A model generated the notes under the pieces. That model was not told the origin of the DNA. It was given only the letters and a program-made list of their open reading frames with translations, and searched no databases. A stretch of 64,000 bases of DNA from an uncultured Candidatus Rokubacteria bacterium (GTDB lineage: Bacteria; Methylomirabilota; Methylomirabilia; Rokubacteriales; CSP1-6): the NCBI GenBank assembly GCA_963762145.1, contig CAVXJS010000007.1, forward strand, positions 192,001 to 256,000, given 5' to 3'. Shown here piece after piece: positions 49,551-58,901 of the stretch (position 1 is the first letter of the stretch; each line of letters opens with the position of its first letter). A program made the position numbers and the translations under genes.

Positions 49551-50582
49551 ATGCGTGCCCAGGTGTTCCACGGCCCGGGTGATCTGCGCCTCGAGGATCT
49601 CCCGGTGCCCGAGCCCGAGCCGGGTGGTCTCGTGATGCGCGTGGAGGCGGCGCTCACCTGCGGCACCGATGTCAAGACGCTGCGCCGCGGCCATCCCGTG
49701 ATGATCCCGCGCGTGCCGACCGTGTTCGGCCACGAGCTGGCCGGCGTGGTCACCGCGGTGGGGCGGGACGCGCCCAGCGTGAAGGAGGGCGATCGGGTCG
49801 TGGCCGCGAACTCGGCGCCCTGCGGGCGATGCCGCCTCTGCATGGCCGGACGGCCGAATCTCTGCGAGGACCTGCTCTTCGTCAACGGCGCCTACGGCCA
49901 GTACATGGCGCTGCCCCCGCGCCTGGTCGCCCGGAACGTGGTCCCGATCGGGCCGGGGCTGGCTACCTCCATCGCGGCCTTCGTCGAGCCGCTGGCCTGC
50001 GCCCTGCTGGGGATCGAGCGCGGGCGGGTCGAGCCGGGGATGACCGTGGCGATCTGGGGCCACGGCCCCCTCGGGTGCCTGCTGGCCCTGGCCGCCCGCC
50101 AGCGCGGGGCTCACGTGATCATCGTGGGCAAGACGGGCTGGCGTCTCGACCGGGTCCGCGAGCTCGAGCTGGGTACGTCCGTGGACGCCCTCACCGTCCC
50201 GGACATCCAGGAGCACCTGCGGGGGCTGACCGGGGGGCGGGGGCCCGATGTCACGGTTGACGCGACCGGCCGGCCGGAGGTCTGGGAGCAGGCCATTGAG
50301 GGGGTGGGCCGGGGAGGCACCGTGATATTGTTTGGAGGTTGCGCCCCGGGCACCTCGGTGCGGGTGGATACACGCCGGGCCCACTACGAAGAGCTCACGC
50401 TGGTGGGGGCGTTTCACCACACGCCGGGCATGATCCGACGCGCGGTGGAACTCCTTGAATCAAAGGCGATCGATCCGGCCGGACTGCTGACACATCGCAT
50501 GGGACTGGGGCAGGTGAAAGAAGCACTGGCGCTGATGGAGCGTGGTGAGACCATGAAGGTGCTGGTCGACCCCTGGCATTGA
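49551..50582 (+). CDS. Zn-dependent alcohol dehydrogenase 2
   Basis: CGTD, GHE, CGRCRLC...C, EPLAC, GHGPLG. Confidence 0.88.
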   Translation: MRAQVFHGPGDLRLEDLPVPEPEPGGLVMRVEAALTCGTDVKTLRRGHPVMIPRVPTVFGHELAGVVTAVGRDAPSVKEGDRVVAANSAPCGRCRLCMAGRPNLCEDLLFVNGAYGQYMALPPRLVARNVVPIGPGLATSIAAFVEPLACALLGIERGRVEPGMTVAIWGHGPLGCLLALAARQRGAHVIIVGKTGWRLDRVRELELGTSVDALTVPDIQEHLRGLTGGRGPDVTVDATGRPEVWEQAIEGVGRGGTVILFGGCAPGTSVRVDTRRAHYEELTLVGAFHHTPGMIRRAVELLESKAIDPAGLLTHRMGLGQVKEALALMERGETMKVLVDPWH

Positions 50583-50607
50583 GCACGCGGAGACAAGTGA
50601 GGGCCTC

Positions 50608-51612
50608 ATGACCACGTCGCTGCCGCTGCAACAGATCGTCCTGGCCGGACCCCGGGGCTTCTGCGCCGGGGTGGACCGGGCCATCGACATCGTCGAGCTC
50701 GCGCTCCAGGTGTGCCCGCCGCCCGTGTACGTGCGCAAGGAGATCGTGCACAACCGGCACGTGGTGGAGGCGCTCCGGGCCAAGGGCGCCCACTTCGTGG
50801 ACGAGCTGGACGAGGTGCCGGACGACGCCACCGTCATCTTCAGCGCCCACGGCATCTCTCCCGCGGTGCGCGCCGAGGCCCACCGGCGCGGGCTCCGGGT
50901 GATCGACGCCACGTGCCCGCTCGTCACCAAGGTGCATCTCGAAGCCGTCCGCTATGCGCGCGAGGGGTACACCATCATCCTGGTCGGCCACGCCGATCAC
51001 GACGAGGTGGTGGGGACCATGGGCGAGGCGCCGGACCGCATGTTCCTGATCGCCCACCCGGAAGACGTGGACAAGCTCGTGGTGGCCGATCCGGACAAGG
51101 TGGCGTATCTCACCCAGACCACGCTGTCGGTGGACGACACCCGGGACTGCATCGAGGCGCTGCGTCGTCGCTTCCCCAAGATCGTCGGGCCGGCCAAGGA
51201 CGACATCTGCTACGCGACCCAGAACCGGCAGGCGGCGGTGAAGACGGTGGCGGGCGCGGTGGACGTGCTGCTCGTCATCGGGGCGGCCAACAGCTCGAAC
51301 GCCAACCGCCTCGTCGAGGTCTCGACCGTCATGGGCACGCCGTCGTATCTCATCAACGACAAGAACGACATCCGTCCGGAGTGGCTCGAGGGCATGGACC
51401 GCGTCGGCGTCACCGCGGGCGCCTCGACCCCCGAGCACCTGGTGACGGAGGTGGTCGAGGAGCTGCGACGCAAGCGCGGCTCCAAGGTGCAGGAGGTCCA
51501 CGTGGTCGAGGAGGACGTGCGCTTCGGTCTGCCCCGGGAGCTCGAGGACATCGCCAAGGCCGCGGGGAAGCCGCTGCCGCCGCGCAGCGGCGCGGTGGCG
51601 GTGAGCGGGTAG
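50608..51612 (+). CDS. ispH: 4-hydroxy-3-methylbut-2-enyl diphosphate reductase
   Basis: PRGFCAGV, IVHN, DATCPLV, ICYATQNRQ, SSN, TAGAS. Confidence 0.95.
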   Translation: MTTSLPLQQIVLAGPRGFCAGVDRAIDIVELALQVCPPPVYVRKEIVHNRHVVEALRAKGAHFVDELDEVPDDATVIFSAHGISPAVRAEAHRRGLRVIDATCPLVTKVHLEAVRYAREGYTIILVGHADHDEVVGTMGEAPDRMFLIAHPEDVDKLVVADPDKVAYLTQTTLSVDDTRDCIEALRRRFPKIVGPAKDDICYATQNRQAAVKTVAGAVDVLLVIGAANSSNANRLVEVSTVMGTPSYLINDKNDIRPEWLEGMDRVGVTAGASTPEHLVTEVVEELRRKRGSKVQEVHVVEEDVRFGLPRELEDIAKAAGKPLPPRSGAVAVSG

Positions 51613-51616
51613 GGCC

Positions 51617-52558
51617 ATGCGGCTCGTCACCTTCCGGCGCGGGCGCGGCGAGCCCAAGCCGGGCGCGCTCTGGCAGGAGCACGTGCTCGACCTGACCGGC
51701 CTCGCCAAGGATCTGGCGACCCAGCGCGGCACCGCGCGCCGCGGGCGCGGCGGCTTCCCCCGCACCGTCCTCGAGATCGTCCAGGGCGGCGACGCGGTGC
51801 TGGCGCTCACCCGGGAGGCCTGGGAGTACGGCCAGCGGCTCGTGGGGCAGACCGCGGCCGAGGAGCTGGCCCAGCGGCGGCTGGCCTACCCGGCCAAGCG
51901 CGTGCGGCTGCTCGCTCCGATCCCGTCGCCGTCCCGGAACGTCTTCTGCCTCGGGCGCAACTACGCCGACCACGCGGCCGAGCGGGGAGCGGCCGCGCCC
52001 GAGCATCCGGTCTACTTCACCAAGCCCGCGACCGCGGTGGTGGGGCCGGGCGACGACGTGGTGCACCACGCGATCACCAAGGAGCTGGACTACGAGGTCG
52101 AGCTGACCGCGGTGATCGGCACCGGCGGGCGCGACATCCCGCGCGCCGAAGCGCTCAAGCACGTCTTCGGCTACACCATCATCAACGACGTGACCGCGCG
52201 CGATCTGCAGAAGCGCCACCAGCAGTGGTTCAAGGGCAAGTCGCTCGACACCTTCTGCCCGATGGGCCCGGTGCTGGTCACCGCCGACGAGATCCCGGAC
52301 CCGCAGGCCCTCGCGATCTCCCTCCGGGTGAACGGGCAGGTCCGCCAGTCGAGCAACACCGCCAAGATGATCTTCCCGGTCGCCCAGTGCATCGAGGTGC
52401 TCTCCCAGGGCATGACGCTGCTGCCCGGAGACATCATCGCCACCGGCACGCCGGAGGGGGTCGGGGCGGCGAGCGGGAATTTCCTCAAGGCGGGAGATCG
52501 CCTCGAGGCGGAAGTTGAGAGTATCGGGGTCCTCCACAGCAAAATAGTCCGCCCTTAG
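51617..52558 (+). CDS. Fumarylacetoacetate hydrolase family protein
   Basis: GRNY..H, DYEVEL, NDVTARD, GKSLDTF, TGTPEGVG. Confidence 0.9.
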   Translation: MRLVTFRRGRGEPKPGALWQEHVLDLTGLAKDLATQRGTARRGRGGFPRTVLEIVQGGDAVLALTREAWEYGQRLVGQTAAEELAQRRLAYPAKRVRLLAPIPSPSRNVFCLGRNYADHAAERGAAAPEHPVYFTKPATAVVGPGDDVVHHAITKELDYEVELTAVIGTGGRDIPRAEALKHVFGYTIINDVTARDLQKRHQQWFKGKSLDTFCPMGPVLVTADEIPDPQALAISLRVNGQVRQSSNTAKMIFPVAQCIEVLSQGMTLLPGDIIATGTPEGVGAASGNFLKAGDRLEAEVESIGVLHSKIVRP

Positions 52559-52571
52559 GCGGGCCGCCGAT

Positions 52572-52672
52572 AAGGGCCCAGCTGCTTCGTTGGCGCCCTC
52601 GGCCGCCCGCTCAACGTACAGGAGTACGCCTCGCGGGCGGCTCTTCGGGCGCCGCCTCGCATCTGGACCCTT
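52572..52672. repeat. ~100-nt long imperfect hairpin element
   Basis: Nested pairings AAGGGCCCAG/CTGGACCCTT (one mismatch), GGCGCCC/GGGCGCC, GCCGCCCGC/GCGGGCGGC, CGTAC/GTACG around an AGGA loop. Confidence 0.75.
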
Positions 52673-52757
52673 CTCGACGCCCCGGTATCTCTCTACCCCA
52701 GTCGTGATTGCGGCGCGCTGTGTAGCGGGCTAGCATGCGGGGCCGGGAGGGCGTGCC

Positions 52758-54212
52758 ATGCGAACGGTGATCGAGGGTGGGTGGGTCGTGGCGTGGGATG
52801 GGAAGAGCCACGAGGTTCATGAGCAGGGGAGCGTGGTGTTCGAGGACGACCGCGTCGTCCACGCGGGGCCCGCGTGGACGGGGACGGCCGACGCAAGGAT
52901 CGAGGCGCGTGGCAAGCTGGTCTCGCCCGGCTTCATCAACACCCACGTTCACACCGCGGGCGGCGGGGGCGACTACCTGCTGCTCGACATGGCCAAGAAC
53001 GACTACCGCACCGCGAACTACATGGCCTTCGCGGCGCCGCTCAAGGGCAAGATGGCGCCGCCTCCCGCCGAGCCCACCGCGGCGATCCGCGCCTTCACCT
53101 TCCTGCACGCACTGAAGAACGGGACCACGACCGTCATCGACGTGGGCGGTCTCCGCGGCGACTGGGAAGGCTACGCGCGCCTGGTGGACGAGCTCGGGGT
53201 GCGGGTCTACGGGGGCCCGCCGTTCCGCGATCGCGACACCTACACGGACGCGCAGGGCCGGCTCTACTACGAGGAGGACGCGGCGGCGGGGCGCGCGCGC
53301 CTGCAGGAGGCGGTGGACTTCGGGCGCAAGTTCGACGGCGCGGCCGGAGGCCGGCTGCGCGTGCTCTTCAACGCGGCCCAGGTCGAGACGTGCAGCGAGC
53401 CGCTGCTCCGGGCCGGCAAGGACGCGGCGCGCGCGCAGAACGCGCCCATCCACACTCACGCGGGCGGCAACCTCGTCGAGTTCCAGCGCATCATGGACGA
53501 GTACCGGAAGACGCCGATCCGCTTCCTGTCCGACATCGGCTTCCTCGACGATCGCACCCTGCTCGGGCACGCGGTGTTCACCACCGCGCACGACTGGGCG
53601 CGCTATCCGTTCGGCGACGACCTGGCCGTGCTGGCCGAGCGCGGCTCGACCGTCGGCCACTGCCCGTACAAGTACGCGAAGATGGCGATGACGCTCCGCT
53701 CCTTCCAGCGCTACCTGGACGCGGGGGTGACGCTGGCCCTCGGCACCGACACCTATCCGCTCGACATGGTGTCCGAGCTGCGCTGGGCGTCCATCCTGGC
53801 CAAGATCACCGACGCCAACTACCAGGCGGGCCTCGCCCGCGACGTTTTCAACGCGGCCACCATCGGTGGCTGCCGCTTCCTGGGGCGCGAGGACCTGGGG
53901 CGCCTGGCCCCGGGGGCCAAGGCCGACATCCTGCTGATCAACCTGGATCACGTCGGCGGCTCGCTCTACGCGGACCCGATCAAGGCGCTGGTGGACTCGG
54001 CCTCGGGCCGCGACGTGGACACCGCGATCGTGGACGGCCAGGTGCTGGTGCAGGGCGGGCGCGCCACCCGCGTGGACGAGGACGCGGTGTACGCGAAAGC
54101 GCGCGAGGTCACCCAGCACTACTGGAGCCGCGTGTCGGGCTGGCGCTGGGACGGCGCCACCGTGGATCAGATCGTTCCGCCCGCGTTTCCGATTCGCCGG
54201 GCGCGCGCGTGA
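52758..54212 (+). CDS. Metal-dependent amidohydrolase (deaminase/chlorohydrolase-like)
   Basis: PGFINTHVH, HTH, LGTD, GRLAPGAKAD. Confidence 0.88.
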   Translation: MRTVIEGGWVVAWDGKSHEVHEQGSVVFEDDRVVHAGPAWTGTADARIEARGKLVSPGFINTHVHTAGGGGDYLLLDMAKNDYRTANYMAFAAPLKGKMAPPPAEPTAAIRAFTFLHALKNGTTTVIDVGGLRGDWEGYARLVDELGVRVYGGPPFRDRDTYTDAQGRLYYEEDAAAGRARLQEAVDFGRKFDGAAGGRLRVLFNAAQVETCSEPLLRAGKDAARAQNAPIHTHAGGNLVEFQRIMDEYRKTPIRFLSDIGFLDDRTLLGHAVFTTAHDWARYPFGDDLAVLAERGSTVGHCPYKYAKMAMTLRSFQRYLDAGVTLALGTDTYPLDMVSELRWASILAKITDANYQAGLARDVFNAATIGGCRFLGREDLGRLAPGAKADILLINLDHVGGSLYADPIKALVDSASGRDVDTAIVDGQVLVQGGRATRVDEDAVYAKAREVTQHYWSRVSGWRWDGATVDQIVPPAFPIRRARA

Positions 54213-55744
54213 GGCGATCGCTCGCGCTCGGGCTCCTGCTGCTGCTCGCGGTCTGCGCGTACCCGGTGTCGGCTCCGGCCGCGCCGGCGGGCACCCTGAC
54301 GTGGGGCGTGCACGTGTCATTGGCGCCCACCTTCTTCGATCCCGCCGAGGCCACCGGCACCGCGCTGCCCCTGATGGTCTACTACGCGATCCACGACGCC
54401 CTCGTGCGCCCGCTGCCCGGCACCGCGATGGGGGCGGCGCTCGCCACGTCCTGGACGGTGAGCCGCGACGGCCTCGTCTACGAGTTCGCCCTGCGCAAGG
54501 GTGTCACCTTCCACAACGGCGATCCGCTGACCGCGGACGACGTGAAGTTCACCTTCGAGCGCTACCGGGGCGCCAGTGCGAGCCTGCTCAAGGCGAAGGT
54601 GGCCGCGGTGGAGGTGGTGGATCCGCACCGGGTGCGCTTCCGCCTCAAGCAGCCGTGGCCGGACTTCATGACGTTCTACGGCACGCCCGCGACCGGCGCC
54701 GCGTGGATCGTGCCCAAGAAGTACGTGGAGCGCGTGGGCGACGAGGGCTTCAAGAAGGCGCCGATGGGGGCGGGCCCCTACAAGTTCGTCTCCTTCAAGC
54801 CCGGGGTGGAGCTGGTCATGGAGGCCCACGAGGGGTACTGGCGCAAGCCGCCCATCGTGAAGACCCTGGTCTTCAAGGTCATCCCCGACGACGCCACGCG
54901 TCTGGCCGCGCTCAAGCGCGGCGAGATCGACATCGCCTACGGACTGGTCGGCGAGCTGGCCGAGGAAGTGCGCCGGACGCCGGGGCTCACGCTGAAGGCC
55001 GCGCAGATCCCGGTCACGCTCTGGCTCGTGTTCGCGGACCAGAACGATCCGAAGTCGCCCTGGGCCGACCGCCGCGTGCGCCTCGCGGCCAACCTGGCCA
55101 TCAATCGCAAGGCGGTCAACGAGGCGAGCTATCTGGGGCTCGGCAAGATCTCCGCCTCGATCATCCCGCAGAGCCTCGAGTACTACTGGGCGCCGCCGGC
55201 CTATCCTCACGATCCGGCGGGCGCGCGGCGGCTGCTGGCGGAGGCGGGATACCCGCAGGGCTTCGACGCCGGGGAGCTGTCGAGCGAGCCGTTCGCGGCG
55301 TCCGGCATCGGCGAGCCGGTGATCAACGATCTCAAGGCGGTGGGCATCCGGCTCCGGCTGCGCCCGCTCGAGCGCGCAGCGTTCCTCAAGCAGTACGGCG
55401 ACAAGAGCCTGAAACACGTGATCCTGGCTGGCTCGGGCGCCCCCGGCACCGCGGCGACGCGGCTCGAGCAGTACGTGATCAGCGGCGGGCTCTACACGTA
55501 TACCGCCATCCCGGAGGTGGACGGGCTCTACAACGCGCAGGCCAACGAGCTGAACCAGCGGACCCGCCGGGTCATCCTCGACAAGATGCAGCAGATCATC
55601 CACGATCGCGTGCTGTTCGGCCCGGTGCTCGAGTACGCGTACCTCGTCAGCATCGGGCCGCGCCTCGAGGTGGACAATCTCAACGTGCTCCCGCAGAACC
55701 CGTACACGGCTCCGTACGAGGAGCTCCGGATCCGCGCCCGATGA
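54209..55744 (+). CDS. ABC transporter family-5 substrate-binding protein
   Basis: Signal peptide, LRKGVTFHNGDPLTADDVKFT, GAGPYK, DRRVRLA. Confidence 0.9.
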   Translation: MRRSLALGLLLLLAVCAYPVSAPAAPAGTLTWGVHVSLAPTFFDPAEATGTALPLMVYYAIHDALVRPLPGTAMGAALATSWTVSRDGLVYEFALRKGVTFHNGDPLTADDVKFTFERYRGASASLLKAKVAAVEVVDPHRVRFRLKQPWPDFMTFYGTPATGAAWIVPKKYVERVGDEGFKKAPMGAGPYKFVSFKPGVELVMEAHEGYWRKPPIVKTLVFKVIPDDATRLAALKRGEIDIAYGLVGELAEEVRRTPGLTLKAAQIPVTLWLVFADQNDPKSPWADRRVRLAANLAINRKAVNEASYLGLGKISASIIPQSLEYYWAPPAYPHDPAGARRLLAEAGYPQGFDAGELSSEPFAASGIGEPVINDLKAVGIRLRLRPLERAAFLKQYGDKSLKHVILAGSGAPGTAATRLEQYVISGGLYTYTAIPEVDGLYNAQANELNQRTRRVILDKMQQIIHDRVLFGPVLEYAYLVSIGPRLEVDNLNVLPQNPYTAPYEELRIRAR

Positions 55745-56751
55745 GCCCGACCGGAACCATGACCAGGCGGCAGCGGGTGACGGCGGCGCTCGCGGGCCGG
55801 GCGGTGGACCGGATCCCGCTCGCGTTCTGGCTCCACAATTTCGCGACCGAGAACTCGGCCGAGGGACTGGCCGACGAGACGCTCCGGCTCGCGCGGACCT
55901 TCGACTGGGACTTCCTGAAGCCGCAGTCGCGTGCCCAGTGCTTCGCCGAGATGTGGGGGCTCACCTACGCCCCGTCGGGAGAGAAGGCCACGCCATACAC
56001 GGTCACCTACGCGCCGGTGGGCTCGGCGGACGACCTCGCCCGGCTGCCCGCAGTCGATCCCGGCGGGGGCGCGCTCGGCGAGCAGCTCCTGGCCCTCCGG
56101 CTCATTCGCGCCGCGGTCGGCCCCGACGTGCCGATCATCTGGACGATCTTCGCCCCGCCGATGATCCTGCCGATGCTGGCCCGGGGCGGGCGCGACCAGG
56201 CGATGCGCTTCCTCCGGGAGACCCCGCGCGAGACGGCGCGCGCGTTCGACGTGATGGCGGAGACGCTCGCGGAGTACGCGCGGCTCTGCCTGGCCGCGGG
56301 CGCGGACGGGCTCTTCTACGCGACCAACGTGGCGACGCGGGCGCTGATGAGCGCGGAGGAGTGCCGGCGGTGGCAGCGCCCGTGGGACCTGCGCATCCTG
56401 AAGGCGGTCGAGGGCGCCCCGTTCAACCTGCTCCACGTCTGCGGCACGGGCATCCAGGTCGAGGAGTTCGCCGACTACCCGGTCACCGCGTGGAGCTTCG
56501 CCGCGGTGCCGGGGAACCCGACCCTCGCGGAGGTGCGGGCGCGCACCGGCCGCGCGGTCGTGGGCGGGCTGCCGGCCAAGCCCGAGATCGCGGGGATGAC
56601 GGAGGCCGCGCTCGTGGAGCGGGCGCGCGCGGCCACGCGCGCGATCGACCGCGGGCTCCTGCTCGGGCCCGACTGCTCGATCAACCCGGACACGCCGGAA
56701 CGGCTGCTCCACGCGGTCGGCGCGGAGGTACGGCACAGCGCATCATCTTGA
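55741..56751 (+). CDS. Uroporphyrinogen decarboxylase/MtaA-CmuA-like TIM-barrel protein
   Basis: DRIP..FW.H, TIFAP, LHVCG, GPDCS. Confidence 0.75.
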   Translation: MSPTGTMTRRQRVTAALAGRAVDRIPLAFWLHNFATENSAEGLADETLRLARTFDWDFLKPQSRAQCFAEMWGLTYAPSGEKATPYTVTYAPVGSADDLARLPAVDPGGGALGEQLLALRLIRAAVGPDVPIIWTIFAPPMILPMLARGGRDQAMRFLRETPRETARAFDVMAETLAEYARLCLAAGADGLFYATNVATRALMSAEECRRWQRPWDLRILKAVEGAPFNLLHVCGTGIQVEEFADYPVTAWSFAAVPGNPTLAEVRARTGRAVVGGLPAKPEIAGMTEAALVERARAATRAIDRGLLLGPDCSINPDTPERLLHAVGAEVRHSASS

Positions 56752-56832
56752 CCGCTGGAAGGCCCCGTAACGCTGTGGTAGCATCCCCGCCACACTGACC
56801 GCATCGTCCTTCTTCCTCCCCAGGAGGCATGC

Positions 56833-58901
56833 ATGGACATCGCCAAGATTCGCAATGTCGCATTCGTCGGCCACGGCGGCGTGGGCAAGACCTCCCTGGT
56901 CGAGGCGATCCTGTTCGCGTGCGGCGCCAGCACCCGGCTCGGCCGCGTCGACGACGGGACCACCACCACCGACTTCGACCCCGACGAGATCAAGCGCAAG
57001 ATCTCGCTCAACACCGCGGTCGGCTTCGCCGATCACCAGGGTCATCGGCTGAACCTCATCGACACGCCCGGATACGGCGACTTCGTGGCCGACGCGCGCG
57101 CGGGCCTGCGGGTGGCGGGCGCCGCGGTGGTGGTGGTGGACGCGGTGGCGGGCGTGCAGGTGCAGACCGAGAAGGTCTGGAAGTTCGCCAACGACTTCGC
57201 CCTGCCGCGCGCGATCGTGGTCAACCGGCTCGACCGCGAGCGGGCCGACTTCTTCCGCACCCTCGAGTCGCTGCAGAAGCGCCTCAAGGGCCGGCTCGTC
57301 CCACTGCAGCTCCCGATCGGGAGCGAGAGCGGCCTGAGCGGGGTGGTGGACCTGATCGCGCTGCGGGCCCTCGTGCTGGCCGACGGCAAGGTCAAGGCAA
57401 CCGAGATCCCGGCCGATCTCGTCGAGACCGCCAAGTCGTACCGCGAGAAGGTGGTCGAGGCCGCCGCCGAGACCGACGACGATCTGCTCGCGAAGTACCT
57501 CGAGGAGGGCTCGATCGGCGAGCCGGAGATGCTGGCCGCGCTGCGCCGCGCGATCACGTCCGGCGACCTCGTGCCCATCCTGGCCACCTCGGCCACCGCG
57601 GAATCGGGATCGCCCCGCTGCTCGACCTGCTGGTGAAGGAGTTCCCGTCGCCCGCAGACGCGCCGGAGGTGGAGGGGACGGAGCCGCGCACCAAGGCGGC
57701 GGCCCGGCGCGCCGCCGATCCCAAGGCCCCGCTCAGCGCGGTGGTGTTCAAGACGATCTCGGACCCGCACGTGGGCAAGCTTTCCGTCTTCCGCGTCTAC
57801 TCGGGGACGCTGCGGGCCGACAGCCAGGTCTACAACCCGCGCCGCGACAGCCGCGAGCGGATCGGACACCTCGGCTGGCTCTCCGGCAAGACCCAGAAGC
57901 CGGTGGAGGCCCTCGGCCCGGGTGAGATCGGCGTGGTCGCCAAGCTCAAGGACACCCTCACCGGCGACACCCTCTGCGAGGAGGCACATCCGGTGGTGCT
58001 GCCCGGCATCTCCTTCCCGGAGCCGGCGATCTCCTTCGCGATCCAGCCGAAGACGCGCGGCGACGAGGACAAGATCTCGACCGCGCTGCACCGCATGGCC
58101 GAGGAAGATCCCACCCTGCACCACCACTACGACCCGGAGACCAAGCAGCTCCTGGTCTCGGGCATGGGGCAGCTCCACGTCGAGGTGGTGGTGGAGCGGA
58201 TGAAGCGGAAGTACAACGTGGACGTGTCCTTGCTCCCGCCGCGCATTCCCTACCGGGAGACGGTCAAGGGGCGCGCCGAGGTGCAGGGCAAGTACAAGAA
58301 GCAGACCGGCGGGCGCGGCCAGTACGGCGACACCTGGATCCGCGTGGAGCCGCTCACGCGCGGCGGCGGCTTCGAGTTCGTCGACGACATCTTCGGCGGC
58401 GCGATCCCGCGCAACTTCATCCCCTCGGTGGAGAAGGGGGTGCGCGATTGCATGAAGCGGGGGATCCTCGCCGGCTACCCGGTGGTGGACCTCAAGGTCA
58501 CCCTCTACGACGGCTCCTATCACGACGTGGACTCGTCCGACATGGCCTTCCAGATCGCGGCCTCGATGGGCCTGCAGAAGGGCTTCATGGAGGCCAAGCC
58601 GTGCCTGCTCGAGCCGGTGATGAACGTGGAGGTCACCGCGCCGGCGGAGGGCGCGGGCGACGTCATCGGCGATCTGAACGGCCGGCGCGGCCGCATCGTG
58701 GGCATGGAGCCGGATGGTGACGTGGTGGCGGTGCGCGCGCAGGTCCCGATGTCCGAGATGCTCACCTACGAGTCGAGCCTGCGCTCGATGACCGGCGGCC
58801 GCGGCGGCTACTCGATGGAGTTCTCCCACTACGAGGAAGTGCCGAACCAGCAGGCCGAGAAAGTCGTCGCCGCCCACCGGGCCGAGAAAGAGAAGCACTA
58901 A
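56833..58901 (+). CDS. fusA: Elongation factor G paralogue (EF-G2-type); frameshift near 57600
   Basis: GHGGVGKT, DTPGY, GMGQLH, KKQTGGRGQYG, YDGSYHDVDSSDMAF; not in an str operon. Confidence 0.88.
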
